From: an uncultured Planctomycetota bacterium
Lineage (GTDB): Bacteria; Planctomycetota; Planctomycetia; Gemmatales; Gemmataceae
Direction of reading: 5' to 3'
Assembly (NCBI GenBank): GCA_963849325.1
Contig: CAWKHF010000005.1
Span: 384,001-448,000, forward strand
Length of the DNA: 64,000 bases
Positions within the stretch are counted from its first letter, which is position 1. Each line of letters begins with the position of its first letter. The notes below the pieces were generated by a model. It did not search any database and was not told the DNA's origin. It was given only the letters and a program-made list of their open reading frames with translations. This document shows, in pieces, positions 48,680-58,588 of this stretch. Position numbers and translations under genes: made by a program.

Positions 48680-50253
48680 ATGATTTTCCGCTGTCCGCAT
48701 TGCCAGGGCGCCTGTTCGCTCCCCGAGGGTATGACCGCCCAGACCTGGGCCTGTCCTCGTTGCGCCAAACCGATTCCCGCGGACTGTTTCTCGGCGACCG
48801 CCGCTCCGGTTCCGTCCGAGACCAAGCCCGCGAGGCGCTCGGGCCTGGCTCCGGACGCCGCCAAGAAGCCGCTTCCGAAGGAGGCGACGAAGCCGGTAGC
48901 CGTGGGGGGCCGGAGAAACTCCAGTCTGGCCCGGCAAGTCCGGAGCGGGCCGTCGGAAGTTCCCACGCCGGTCGAGAAGGCCTTGTGCGATCCGGCCCCG
49001 CGCTGGCCGCGCCGTCTGATGACGCTGACGTGCCTGGTCCTGTCGGTGTCGCTGCTGGCGTCGTCGGCGGGATTGGCGATCTGGAAAGTACGAAAGAAAG
49101 GCGCACCACCCCCGGTCGCGCAGACTGCCAGCGAAGCCAGGGAAACGCCCCTCTCCCAGCCGGTGAAACCGGAGGCTCCCCCGAGTCGTCCCGAAGAGCT
49201 GTACGGTGGGATTGAGATTGGCTCCAAGGGGATCAAGTCCGTCGTGGTGCGTTTGCGCGAGTCGGGAAACCAGGGGCACGCTTCGGAGTTGGCCGCGCCC
49301 GTGCAAACGGCCAACACCACCCTGGTGACTCACTTGAGAGAGGCCGGCATCCTCGATCCCGACGCCTTGCGCGACACCGTGCGTGTCGTCGGCAGCTTCC
49401 ACGAGCGCCTGCGGCGCGATCATCAATTGCCTCCCGAACGCATCTACATTATCGCCAGCAGCGGCCTGTTCGCCTCCATCCAGGACAAGCCCGAGCAGAT
49501 CGAGACGAACAGCGCCATCTCACCGCCGCCGTGAAGCAGGCGACGGGGCAGGAGGTCGCTTTCCTGAACAAGGAGCAAGACCTGGAGTTGACGTTTCGAG
49601 CCTCGGTGCCGCCCGGCGACGCCGAGGAAGCGCTGCTGGTCGATCTGTCTGCTGGTAAGACCACGGTCTGCTACAGCGAGGGATCGCTGGCCCGTTTCGT
49701 GTCCCTGTCGTTTCCGTTTGGCGCCGTGCCGCTGACGGAGGAAGCGAATCAGCGTGTCGGCGAACGCGGAGGTTCATTCGTCGAGCGGATCGACGAACTC
49801 CTCAAGGACGGCGAAAAGCTGCAACCGTGGCGCGAGGGTCTGCAACGCCATCCCGGGCTGGTCAACCTGAAGCACGTTTACCTGACGGGAGGGCCGATCT
49901 GGGCCTTGGCGACGATCGCCCATCCCCAGGAGCGCGGCCCGCACGTCGCGCTGACCTTCGCCGACGTGGAGGCGTTGGCGGGCCAACTGCAAGGGCCGTC
50001 TGGCTCGATCCCGGAGCCGAAGTGGACGGGCGACAAGGAGGAGGCCGCGGCCCGCGCGGTCGAGGCCGCCATGCGCAGTGTGCGGAAAACGTACAATCGG
50101 GAACAACTTCTGGCCGGCATGAAGATCCTGCTGGCGCTGGGCGGCGACCTTGGTTTCCAGTCCTCCGCGGACAAAAAGATGCTGTTCGCGCGCGACGGCT
50201 ACCTGGGTCCGGTCCTCGGTTACGCCATGCTTCTGAAAAATAAAAGGCGATAA
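48680..50253 (+). CDS. Zn-ribbon, TM, Ppx/GppA-like (ASKHA) domain protein (frameshift ~49515)
   Basis: CPHC..CPRC; TM LTCLVLSVSLLASSAGLAIW; YGGIEIGSKGIK, IASSGL, VYLTGGPIWA. Confidence 0.7.
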
Positions 50254-50311
50254 GTCCCTCGCCCCCGGAAGTGTCGAGGGATGGTCCCCACCTTCTTCGA
50301 GCACAACGACC

Positions 50312-53049
50312 ATGCCACGAGCCATTCTCTGCGAAGGATGCAAGCGGACTCACCTGATCCGCGATGAGCTGATCGGTCACAAGATCCAGTGCGATTGCGG
50401 CCGCATCCAGACGGCGCCGGACACGGCGCCGTACCGGCGTCCTCCGGCGCGGGGGCTGGATTCCTGCCTCATGCTGGGATTGTCGTTCGTACTGCTGCTG
50501 GGGAGTCTGCTGGTCGGCGGTGCGGTCGCCGCCTGGGTATTCGTGGACCACGGCGCCACGGACAATACGGCCATCGCGGCCGCTCCCGAGCGCGCCGGCG
50601 ACCGAAAAGGAAAAACAGCCGCCGGAGCGGAAAGCCAAGGAAAACGACCGGGAGAGATCCGACGCGAAGCAACGGGAGAAATCCGAGGAAAAGGAACGGG
50701 ATCGCCCCCAGTCGCCTGAGTCTCCTGTTCTGCGCACCTCCACCAACGCGGGACCACGCACTTATACCGAAAAGGAATTGCGCAGCGCCTTCTGCAATCG
50801 GTGGTATTGATCTACAACCGTGATGGTGGGAGCCTGGGGAGCGGAAGCGTTATCCATCGCGGACGAAGGTTGATCGTCACCAACCAGCATGTTGTGCTGA
50901 ACGAAAGGAAGGACCGACAAGGAAGAATCGTGAGCAAGGAGATCGTGCCTCGGGTCGAAGTGCTCTTCCCCCAGCCCGGTGAAGGAGGCGAGTTCATCAC
51001 GGACAAAGGATACTACTTAAACAGGATGAAAAGGGGCGAAGGCAAACCGGCCCGTGTCCTCCCCGGCAGCAGCGAAGATCCGGACCTGGCGGTGATTCAA
51101 TTGGAAAACGACATGCCGCAAGACAGTATCGCCCTGAAGCTGGCGCCACGGCCGGCCAATGGCGGCGAAAAAGTGGTGCTCGTGGGTAACTCGGGCCTTA
51201 GCAGCGGCTCCTTTGGTATAGCTCCGGGGTTGGTCAAGAATCGCCTGTCCGGGGTCGCGGGATGGAAGGTAACTCGGTCTCTCGAATCCCACATACCGAG
51301 TTTCGGAGGAGACAGCGGCAGCGCCGTGGTCAATTATCAAGGACAGATCGTCGGCGTACACTTCGGCGCTATTACTCTAAAAGGCGCATCGCTCCAGTAT
51401 GCCGTGGATCGAGACGAGGTGTTGACGTTCCTGAAAAAATACGATGTCGAGCCTGCGGAAGTGGTTGCCTCGGAGGTGCTGCCGCCGGCCAGCGCGGTGG
51501 TCCTGGACCTCCTCAAGCAACTGGACGATGCCGACCCGGAACGCTGTCGCAAGGCGGTCGAGGATTTGTCTGGGGTGGACCCGTTCGACGCCCGGCGGGC
51601 GATCCCGGCCCTGGTGCGCGCGCTGCAGCGTCATCCCGATTCGGGCTTTCGCCGGCGCGTGACGGAGGAACTGGAACGCATCGGCCCGCCCGTCAAGGAA
51701 GACATCGACTGCCTCGCCCCCGCGATGCGGATAGCGTACAAACCGCTGCGACTCTACGTCTTGCACGCGCTACGCGCAGTTGGGGCCGGACGCCAAACAA
51801 GCGATTAGCGTCTTGGCCCTGGGACTGAAAGACGCCGACAGCGAAGTACGTCAGAAGTCCGCCCTGATGGTGAAGACCCTCGGGCCGAAGCTCGGGCGCT
51901 CGCCTTCGCGCCGCTCTTGAAACTGGCCGACGATTCGGACGAGGAGGTGGCGCGGGCCGGCCTCGACGCCTTGCTGGAACTCGGCGCCTTGACCGAGGCG
52001 GAGATCAACGTCCTCACCGAAGCACTCGGGGATGTCAAACGGCGAGTCTGGGTGCGGCGCTTCGCCGCGCATCGTCTGGGATTGCAGGGCGAGAAGGCCG
52101 CCAAGGCCGTCCCGCACCTGGCGAAAGTGCTGGAGAAGGAAAAAGACCTCAATCTCCTGTCCCTGGCGATCGGCGCGTTACGAAGCATCGGCGACAAGCG
52201 GCCGGCGGCATGCGCCGCCCTGGTTTCGTTGATCGTCTCCCATCCGGAGGAGAAAATTCGCATGGAATCGCTGGAGGCCGTCGAGTCGCTCGATCTTTCC
52301 GCTTTCCCCACCGGCCAGATGTTGGAATGCTCGGTTACGGAAAAAAGCGAAAAGATGCGCGAGGCGATCGCCAAACGGTTAGGAATTCGTCTCGCCGCCT
52401 TGAAGCCCGAGCAGATGACCGAGTTCATCCCCTTATTCCGGCACAAGGAGCCGGCGATCGTTCTGACGGGCCTGAAGATCGTGCTGATGAAGAAGCGCGA
52501 CGCGGCCCCGATCGCGGCCGAGCTGGCGGGCCTGGTGAAGCACTCCGATGCCCGGGTGCGCCGCATGTCGTTCGACGCCTTGCAAGCGATCGGGCCGGCC
52601 GGCAAGGCCGCCGTGCCGCCGTTGCTGGAGGCACTCAAGGAAGTCCCCGAGTCCCAGCGCCTCGCCGTGGTCGTGACCATCGGGACTATCGAGTCCAAGG
52701 ATGCCAAGGTGGTCGAGGTGATGCTCCCCCACCTCCTCGCCGGGCTGCACCCGCGCATGAGGAAGACGGGGGCACCGACGACCGCGCAAGTCAACGCCGT
52801 GCTGGTAGCGATCGGACAGCCCGCCGTGGAGGAGATTTTCAAGCTCTTCGGTACGATCTCGTATCGCGGCACGGACAACATCAATCACCGTAAGAACCTC
52901 TTCCTGGCCCTGGAAAGCCTGGGACCGGGGTGCAAGTCGAAAGAGAACTACGACCAGGTCAAGTCGCTCCGCAACCGGGAAGGCGCGAGAATTACAAGGA
53001 CGTCCTCGCGGCCGCCCAGCGGGCGCTGAAGGAAATGGACCCGAATTAA
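50312..53049 (+). CDS. Zn-ribbon, TM, trypsin-like serine protease, HEAT-repeat protein (several frameshifts)
   Basis: CEGC..CDCG; TM; GSGS, TNQHVV, DLAVI, GGDSGS triad motifs; HEAT repeats such as AVPHLAKVL and AVPPLLEAL. Confidence 0.75.
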
Positions 53050-53275
53050 GAGGCGCTAACCCAATGCAATTTTTGACCACGGATAACACGGATGACACGG
53101 ATAAGAACCCCTAACTTTTTGGGCGAACGGCCGGCGTCAGCCGGCTGGTTTCTGGCCTCCACCAGCCGGCTGACGCCGGCCGTTCGCCATTTGGTTAGTG
53201 CCTCGAAAGAAGACCAGAACGCTCCTGGGGTTTTATCCGTGTTATCCGTGTTATCCGTGGTTTCAATTCATTTGG
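53050..53275. repeat. Interleaved inverted-repeat elements (9-bp CACGGATAA tandem arms around a GCGTCAGC palindrome)
   Basis: Arms at 53076-53111 and 53227-53261; inner arms at 53122-53149 and 53161-53188. Confidence 0.8.
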
Positions 53276-53324
53276 GGTAACCGTTCATCTCGTTGAGCCG
53301 CGCGGCCCTTCTCTTTCGCCGCGC

Positions 53325-53858
53325 TCACGGTTGGGGCCGATAGATCTTCACCCAGCCGCCCTTTTGCAGGTCGTCGAAGCGCAGCGTCGCCCGCTGGACG
53401 ACTCGTCCTTCCTTGTCGTCTGGACCGCCGACGTTCTGGTGCAGGATTTCCAGGACTTTGCCGTCGTTTTTCACCGCGGCGACGATGGCGGTGTGGTGCG
53501 GATAGCCGGCCTCGTAGGTGCCGCGCCGCGTCCGACCCTTGAAGATCGCATCGCGGAATTGCAGGATGTCGCCGGGCAGAGCCGGGCCGGTCAAGTTGGT
53601 GCCGGCCGTGACCGTGCGCACCAACTCACCCCAGACGTACTCGCGGCCGCGGAACGAGTACGAGGAGGGCGGCACGTCCGCCGCCTGCAAGGCCCGCACG
53701 ACCAACGTGGCACACTCGCCGTCGCCGACCTGCTTGCCCAATTGAGCTTCCACGAACGCCAGCACTTTCTTGTTTACCTCGGGCACCGCCGGTCCCTTCG
53801 AGGTGTCGGCCCCCAGCAAAAGGACCGCGGACAGCACCGAGAGAACGCGCACACGCAT
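53325..53858 (-). CDS. Exported CHAP/papain-like cysteine amidase
   Basis: Signal peptide, VGDGECATLV, PGDILQF, HHTAIV, HQN. Confidence 0.75.
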   Translation of the reverse strand: MRVRVLSVLSAVLLLGADTSKGPAVPEVNKKVLAFVEAQLGKQVGDGECATLVVRALQAADVPPSSYSFRGREYVWGELVRTVTAGTNLTGPALPGDILQFRDAIFKGRTRRGTYEAGYPHHTAIVAAVKNDGKVLEILHQNVGGPDDKEGRVVQRATLRFDDLQKGGWVKIYRPQP

Positions 53859-54056
53859 GGCAGGCACCTCCCGAGAAGGACAAGGATCGAGACGATGTTG
53901 TCAATTTACCCCTTTCCCCTGGGCGACACACGCGGATTTTCCGCCGTGGCCAGACAGGGACTCGATACGCCCGACCGCACCGAAAAAGATCGCGGCGCGC
54001 TCAAGCTGCCCCTCGCGCCTTGCCGATAAAACGGGTGCTGACGCCCAGTCAGCGAT

Positions 54057-54128
54057 GGCCCTTTCGCCAAGCGGCTAAGGCAACGGATTGCAAATCCGTC
54101 ATCCCCGGTTCAAATCCGGGAAGGGCCT
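54057..54128 (+). tRNA. tRNA-Cys(GCA), copy 2
   Basis: GGCCCTT/AAGGGCC acceptor, ACGGA-TTGCAAA-TCCGT, CCCGG-TTCAAAT-CCGGG. Confidence 0.95.
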
Positions 54129-54181
54129 CTTCTCCTTTCCCTTCACGCATCGTTCCCCGCGCCGGCCAACGGAGTCATGGT

Positions 54182-55015
54182 ATGAGTGGTTGGCTCAAGT
54201 CCTGTCCCTGCACGCAGGCCCGGCTCGAATCCGAAGCGTTCCAGCGCTGGATTCCGCGGTTCCGCGATCGGCCGCAATTGCATCGCAAGTTGTGGGAATG
54301 GAGTTTCATCAGCCAGGCCCTGTACGAGCGGGACATGCTGCGGCCGGGACGGAGAGGACTGGGCTTCGCCGTCGGACGCGAGCCGCTGGCGTCGCTATTC
54401 GCCATCCACGGCTGCGAGATTGTCGCCACCGACCTTGGCGAGTCCAACGCCCAAAAGGCCGGCTGGACCGATGGTTTGCAGCACGCCGCCGCCCTGGAGG
54501 CGGTCAACGAGCGCGAAATCTGTCCGTGGGAGGACTTTCGTCGCCGCGTCACTTTTCGTCCCGTCGATATGCGGCGCATTCCGCGCGATCTGTGCGGCTT
54601 CGATTTCGTCTGGTCGTCGTGCTCGTTCGAGCACCTCGGCTCGCTGCGCCGCGGCGAGCATTTCATCCACGAGATGACGCGCTGCCTCAAGCCGGGCGGC
54701 GTGGCCGTGCATACCACCGAGATCAACGTGCTGTCCAACACGCACACCATCGACCACACCAACGCCGTCGCCTACCGCCGCCGCGATCTCGAACGCATGG
54801 CCGACCGCCTGCGCCGCGCCGGCCACGGCATCGAGTTGGACTTCGACTTCGGTTCCCAGCTCGCCGATTGGTTCGTCTCGCGGCCGCCTTATAAGGATGG
54901 CCCTCATCTCAAATTGCAACTGGGCGAATACGTGTGTACATCCTATGGGCTGATTATCGAAATCGGCCATCGTCGCTCGGTATTCGACCGTCTGCTCGGG
55001 CGCCGCGCTGCCTGA
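54182..55015 (+). CDS. Class I SAM-dependent methyltransferase
   Basis: GLGFAVGREP, ATD, FDFVWSSCSFEH, LKPGG. Confidence 0.8.
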   Translation: MSGWLKSCPCTQARLESEAFQRWIPRFRDRPQLHRKLWEWSFISQALYERDMLRPGRRGLGFAVGREPLASLFAIHGCEIVATDLGESNAQKAGWTDGLQHAAALEAVNEREICPWEDFRRRVTFRPVDMRRIPRDLCGFDFVWSSCSFEHLGSLRRGEHFIHEMTRCLKPGGVAVHTTEINVLSNTHTIDHTNAVAYRRRDLERMADRLRRAGHGIELDFDFGSQLADWFVSRPPYKDGPHLKLQLGEYVCTSYGLIIEIGHRRSVFDRLLGRRAA

Positions 55016-55033
55016 ACGATTGCGTCGCTTTTA

Positions 55034-55087
55034 TCCGAGCCTGAAGCGTTAGCGAAGAGTGCTCTTCGCTTACGCTTCAGGCTCGGA
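55034..55087. repeat. REP-like palindrome family C (second copy 60754-60807)
   Basis: TCCGAGCCTGAAGCGT(T/A)AGCGAAG...CTTCGCTTACGCTTCAGGCTCGGA. Confidence 0.85.
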
Positions 55088-55109
55088 AAGAATGTCCCTG
55101 GATCTTGCA

Positions 55110-56635
55110 CTAGGCGGACATCCGCAATCGTAATCCCTTCGGCACCACCAACCTCTCGATCCCCTCGAACAGCGCCTGCACCAGCAGGGCCATCGCCACG
55201 GCGGGGATGGCGCCTTCGAGGATCAGTCGATAATCGTTGCGCATGACGCCATCCATGATCGGTTCGCCGTAGCCGCCGGCGCCGATGAGACCGCCGAGCG
55301 TGGCGTAACCGACGTTGATGACCGCCGCCGTCTGGATGCCGGCCAGGATGGCCCGCGAGGCCAGCGGCAGTTCGATGAGGTACAGGCGCGGCCACGGCAC
55401 CAGTCCCAGCGCCTCGGCCGACTCGCGCAGCGGCAAGGGGATGTCGTGCAGTCCAGTGAAGGTGTTGCGGACGATGGGCAGCAGGCTGTACAGAAACAAC
55501 GCCGCGATGGCCGGCAGCGGTCCAATGCGGTTCAGCAGCACCAGCAGCAGTACCAGCAGGGCCAGGGCGGGAATGGTCTGCACGATGCCGATGGCCGCCA
55601 GCAGGACGTGGCCCAGGCGCGGCCGCCGTGCCGCCGCGACGCCCAGCGGCACCGCCGCGACAATCGCCAGCGCCAGCGACACGGACACCAGCACCAAATG
55701 TTGCCACGTCCGCAGCAGCACGCGCTCCGCCAGCGATTCGTCGCTCGCCTCGACGGACGAACCGACCGATTCGCTCAGGAACGCCGCCGCCGTCTGCCGT
55801 ACCGGCTTCTTCTCGATCACGACATGGGCATTGAGGTCGATCATCGCCTCTTCGCTGATGGTGCCTTCCAGCCGCAGCAAGTCATCGACCACCTGCGAAG
55901 CGCGGCGGTCCAGGTCGGCACGGTAGAGGATGACCGCGTTGTAGGACGGGAAGAAGTGCCGGTCGTCGGTGAGGACGATCAGGTCGCGCTGGCGGATGAC
56001 GGCATCGGTGGTGTACACGTCCGTGACGTCTAGAGTGCCGGCCGCCAATCCCTCGTAGGCGAGGGCGTGCTCCATACCGTCGCGCGTATCCTGCGGTAAG
56101 TCGTAAAATCTCCGCAGCGCTCGCCAGCCGTCGGGGCGGTCCAGGAACGGGCGCTGAGACCGATCTTCAATTCTCGATACTTTCGGAGGTCCGAAATGGT
56201 GTGTATGCCCAAGTTGCCGGCGCGCTTCCGCGTCATGCCCAGGCCATAGCTGTTGCTGAAGCCCAGCGATCGACTCATGCGCAGTCCGCGCCGCGCCAGC
56301 GCCCGCCGCAGTTTCCCCGGAGTGCCCACGTCCTCGCCGACCAGGAGCTGCTGCGTTAGCGTGCCGGTGTATTCGCAATAGGCGTCGATCTGACCGACGA
56401 GCAGGGCGTTCCACACCTTGCCGGTATCGCCCAGGCTTTGCAAGTCCTCCGTCTCGGCGCCGGCCTCGCGGGTCAGCAGGCGCAGCATCTCGCCGAGGAT
56501 TTGCGATTCGGGGAACGCCTTGGCGCCGATGCGCACCAGGGGTTTGTCGGGCAGTGCCCGCGGCCCGGTGCAGCCGGGCAGCGCCACGGCCAGCACGCCG
56601 AGCCATCCCCAAAGCCGCCGCCCATGTCGGGACAT
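55110..56635 (-). CDS. Glycine betaine/osmoprotectant ABC transporter, substrate-binding/permease fusion (frameshift ~56150)
   Basis: IGAKAFPESQILGE, EYTGT, DVYTTD, QTIPALAL, ESAEALG, IGAGGYGEPI. Confidence 0.88.
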
Positions 56636-56967
56636 CACGACACCACCACCAGATGCTCAGTCACTCCTGCGGCGACCTTCAACCGATCCTATAGAATAGC
56701 AGACTCCGGGGACAAGGAAGCGCAATACCCGAAACCGGAAACGTCTGTTCACGGAAGCAGGTAGCTTGTGTCGGCCCCCTCCGCTTGCTGCGGCGGCCGC
56801 CCTCTCTTCCCTCTTTGCGTCCGTGGTTGATACTGTATAGAAGGGTAGTGTTTTCGTGTGTTGAAGAAGTCCATGAAATACGGAGAGCACCCGCCGGGCA
56901 TTCCGGCGGCGCGCTGGCCCTGACACACGCATCGGAGTGTGCGTTCTCGAAAGGCGGTGGCGAACTC

Positions 56968-57189
56968 ATGAAGCTAAAAGTCATTCTGTCGCCAGAGGCG
57001 GAGGGGGGGTTTTCCGTGGCGGTGCCGGCGTTGCCGGGCTGCTATACCCAAGGAGAAACGGAGGACGAAGCTCTGGCTAATGCCCGCGAGGCCGCGGAAG
57101 CGTGGTTGGAAGCGAGCAACGACAACGACAGTCCTTTTGGCAACGGCAGTGTCGCCGTCGAAGAAGTCATACGCGAGATCGAGTTGTGA
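56968..57189 (+). CDS. hicB: HicB family antitoxin (short form)
   Basis: EGGFSVAVPALPGCYTQGETEDEALANAREA. Confidence 0.88.
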   Translation: MKLKVILSPEAEGGFSVAVPALPGCYTQGETEDEALANAREAAEAWLEASNDNDSPFGNGSVAVEEVIREIEL

Positions 57190-57389
57190 AAGCGGTCTCC
57201 GGCAGGGAAATGTGCCGCGCCCTGGAGCGGCGGGGCTGGCTCCGGGACCGCATCCGTGGCAGTCATCACGTCTACAAAAACCCATCAGGCGGCCATGTCA
57301 GCGTTCCCGTTCATGGGAACACAACGCTCAAGCCCGGCACACAACGAGCGATTATGCGGGACGCCGGCTTGACCGAAGCGGACCTGTAA
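57186..57389 (+). CDS. hicA: HicA family toxin
   Basis: GW..DRIRGSHHVY, VPVHGNTTLKPGT. Confidence 0.88.
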   Translation: MKAVSGREMCRALERRGWLRDRIRGSHHVYKNPSGGHVSVPVHGNTTLKPGTQRAIMRDAGLTEADL

Positions 57390-57407
57390 AGCCGTAATAA
57401 TGGACCT

Positions 57408-58165
57408 TCAAGGTTCGCGGGCGTCTCGACTGGGAGTTGGTGATGCCGAGCGTTGAGCGTTGAGGAAGCGCGTCACAAAGTCGCTGGCAGGAGCGCGGAC
57501 GAGGTTATCGAACGTGTCGCGCTGCACGACGCGGCCAGCCTGCATCAAGACCAGCGTATCGCCAAGGAAGCCGGCCTCGCCGAGGTCGTGCGTCACCAGC
57601 ACGACCGTCTTGTGCAGCGCCTGGAAAATGCCGCGCAGATCCACTTGCAAGTCCGAACGAATCAGCGGATCGAGGGCGCCGAGCGGCTCGTCGAGCAAGA
57701 GCAGGGCGGGATCGAGCATGAGGGCGCGCATGAGGCTGACGCGCTGCCGTTGGCCGCCGGACAGCTGCACGGGGTAATGGTCGAGACGGTCGGCGGGGAA
57801 ACGAGTCAGGGCGGTCAGCTCGGCCAGCCGTTCATCGATGCGCCGCGGCCCCAGCCGAGATGGCGGGCCAGCAGCGTGACGTTGCCGCGCGCCGTCAGAT
57901 GAGGGAAGAGTCCGCCGTCCTGGACGACGAAGCCGATGCGGCGACGCATCTGCCGCGAGTTGGCCGGCGTGATGGGGACGCCCTCGAAGGTGACGACGCC
58001 GGCGTCGGGCTGGAGGAGACCGGCCATGAGACGCAGCAGCGTGGACTTGCCGCAGCCGCTGGGGCCGATCAGCACCGTTGTCCGCGCCGGCGCGATGGTT
58101 AGGTCCGTCGGTCCCAGGGCCGGTGTGCCGCCGTAGGACTTGCTGACGCCGATGAGCTGCAACAT
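57408..58165 (-). CDS. ABC transporter ATP-binding subunit (frameshift ~57845)
   Basis: GPSGCGKST, LSGGQRQR, LLDEP, VTHD. Confidence 0.92.
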
Positions 58166-58173
58166 GAGGCATC

Positions 58174-58342
58174 AAGAAAAGAGTCACCACCCAACACACG
58201 GAAAACACGGAAAAAAGACCACCAACATCCATCGAAGGCGAGCGTCAATCTTTTCGTGGTTGGGCGATGATGTCAAGCGAGGAGTTGTCTGGTTTTGTCT
58301 TTTTTCCGTGTTTTCCGTGTGTTCCGTGGTGACTCTTTTCTT
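58174..58342. repeat. MITE-like element with ~46-bp inverted arms containing CACGGAAAA tandem units
   Basis: 58174-58219 versus 58297-58342, 2 mismatches. Confidence 0.8.
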
Positions 58343-58485
58343 CCTCCTGTGCTGAATTCACATGCACGCGATGCCGGCAGTCCGGGCAGTGGTCCCAGGC
58401 CGATGCCCGCCGAGGTCACAAGTACCCTCGTATTTACCCTTTTCCCCGCAATTGTTTAGGCCACAATTGGCTCCCTTCTTCCCCT

Positions 58486-58501
58486 TGGCACGGTTGTTGC
58501 T
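58486..58501 (+). promoter_or_regulatory. Sigma54 (-24/-12) promoter upstream of amtB
   Basis: TGGCAC-GGTTG-TTGCT matches the consensus TGGCAC-N5-TTGCW. Confidence 0.8.
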
Positions 58502-58588
58502 AAACGGGGTGCTCATTCGCCGACGATCCTCTCCCCCGATTGTGCTGCGTGCGCGGTGCTTTATCGGTAACGTCGAAGGAGTCAGTCC

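Noticed and set aside
47284-49320. 678-aa antisense ORF and other long shadow ORFs
   Set aside because: Typical GC-rich antisense or off-frame shadows of real genes, with no motifs
54100-54128. 3' end of the second tRNA as attR
   Set aside because: It differs from copy 1 and belongs to a complete tRNA with compensatory changes
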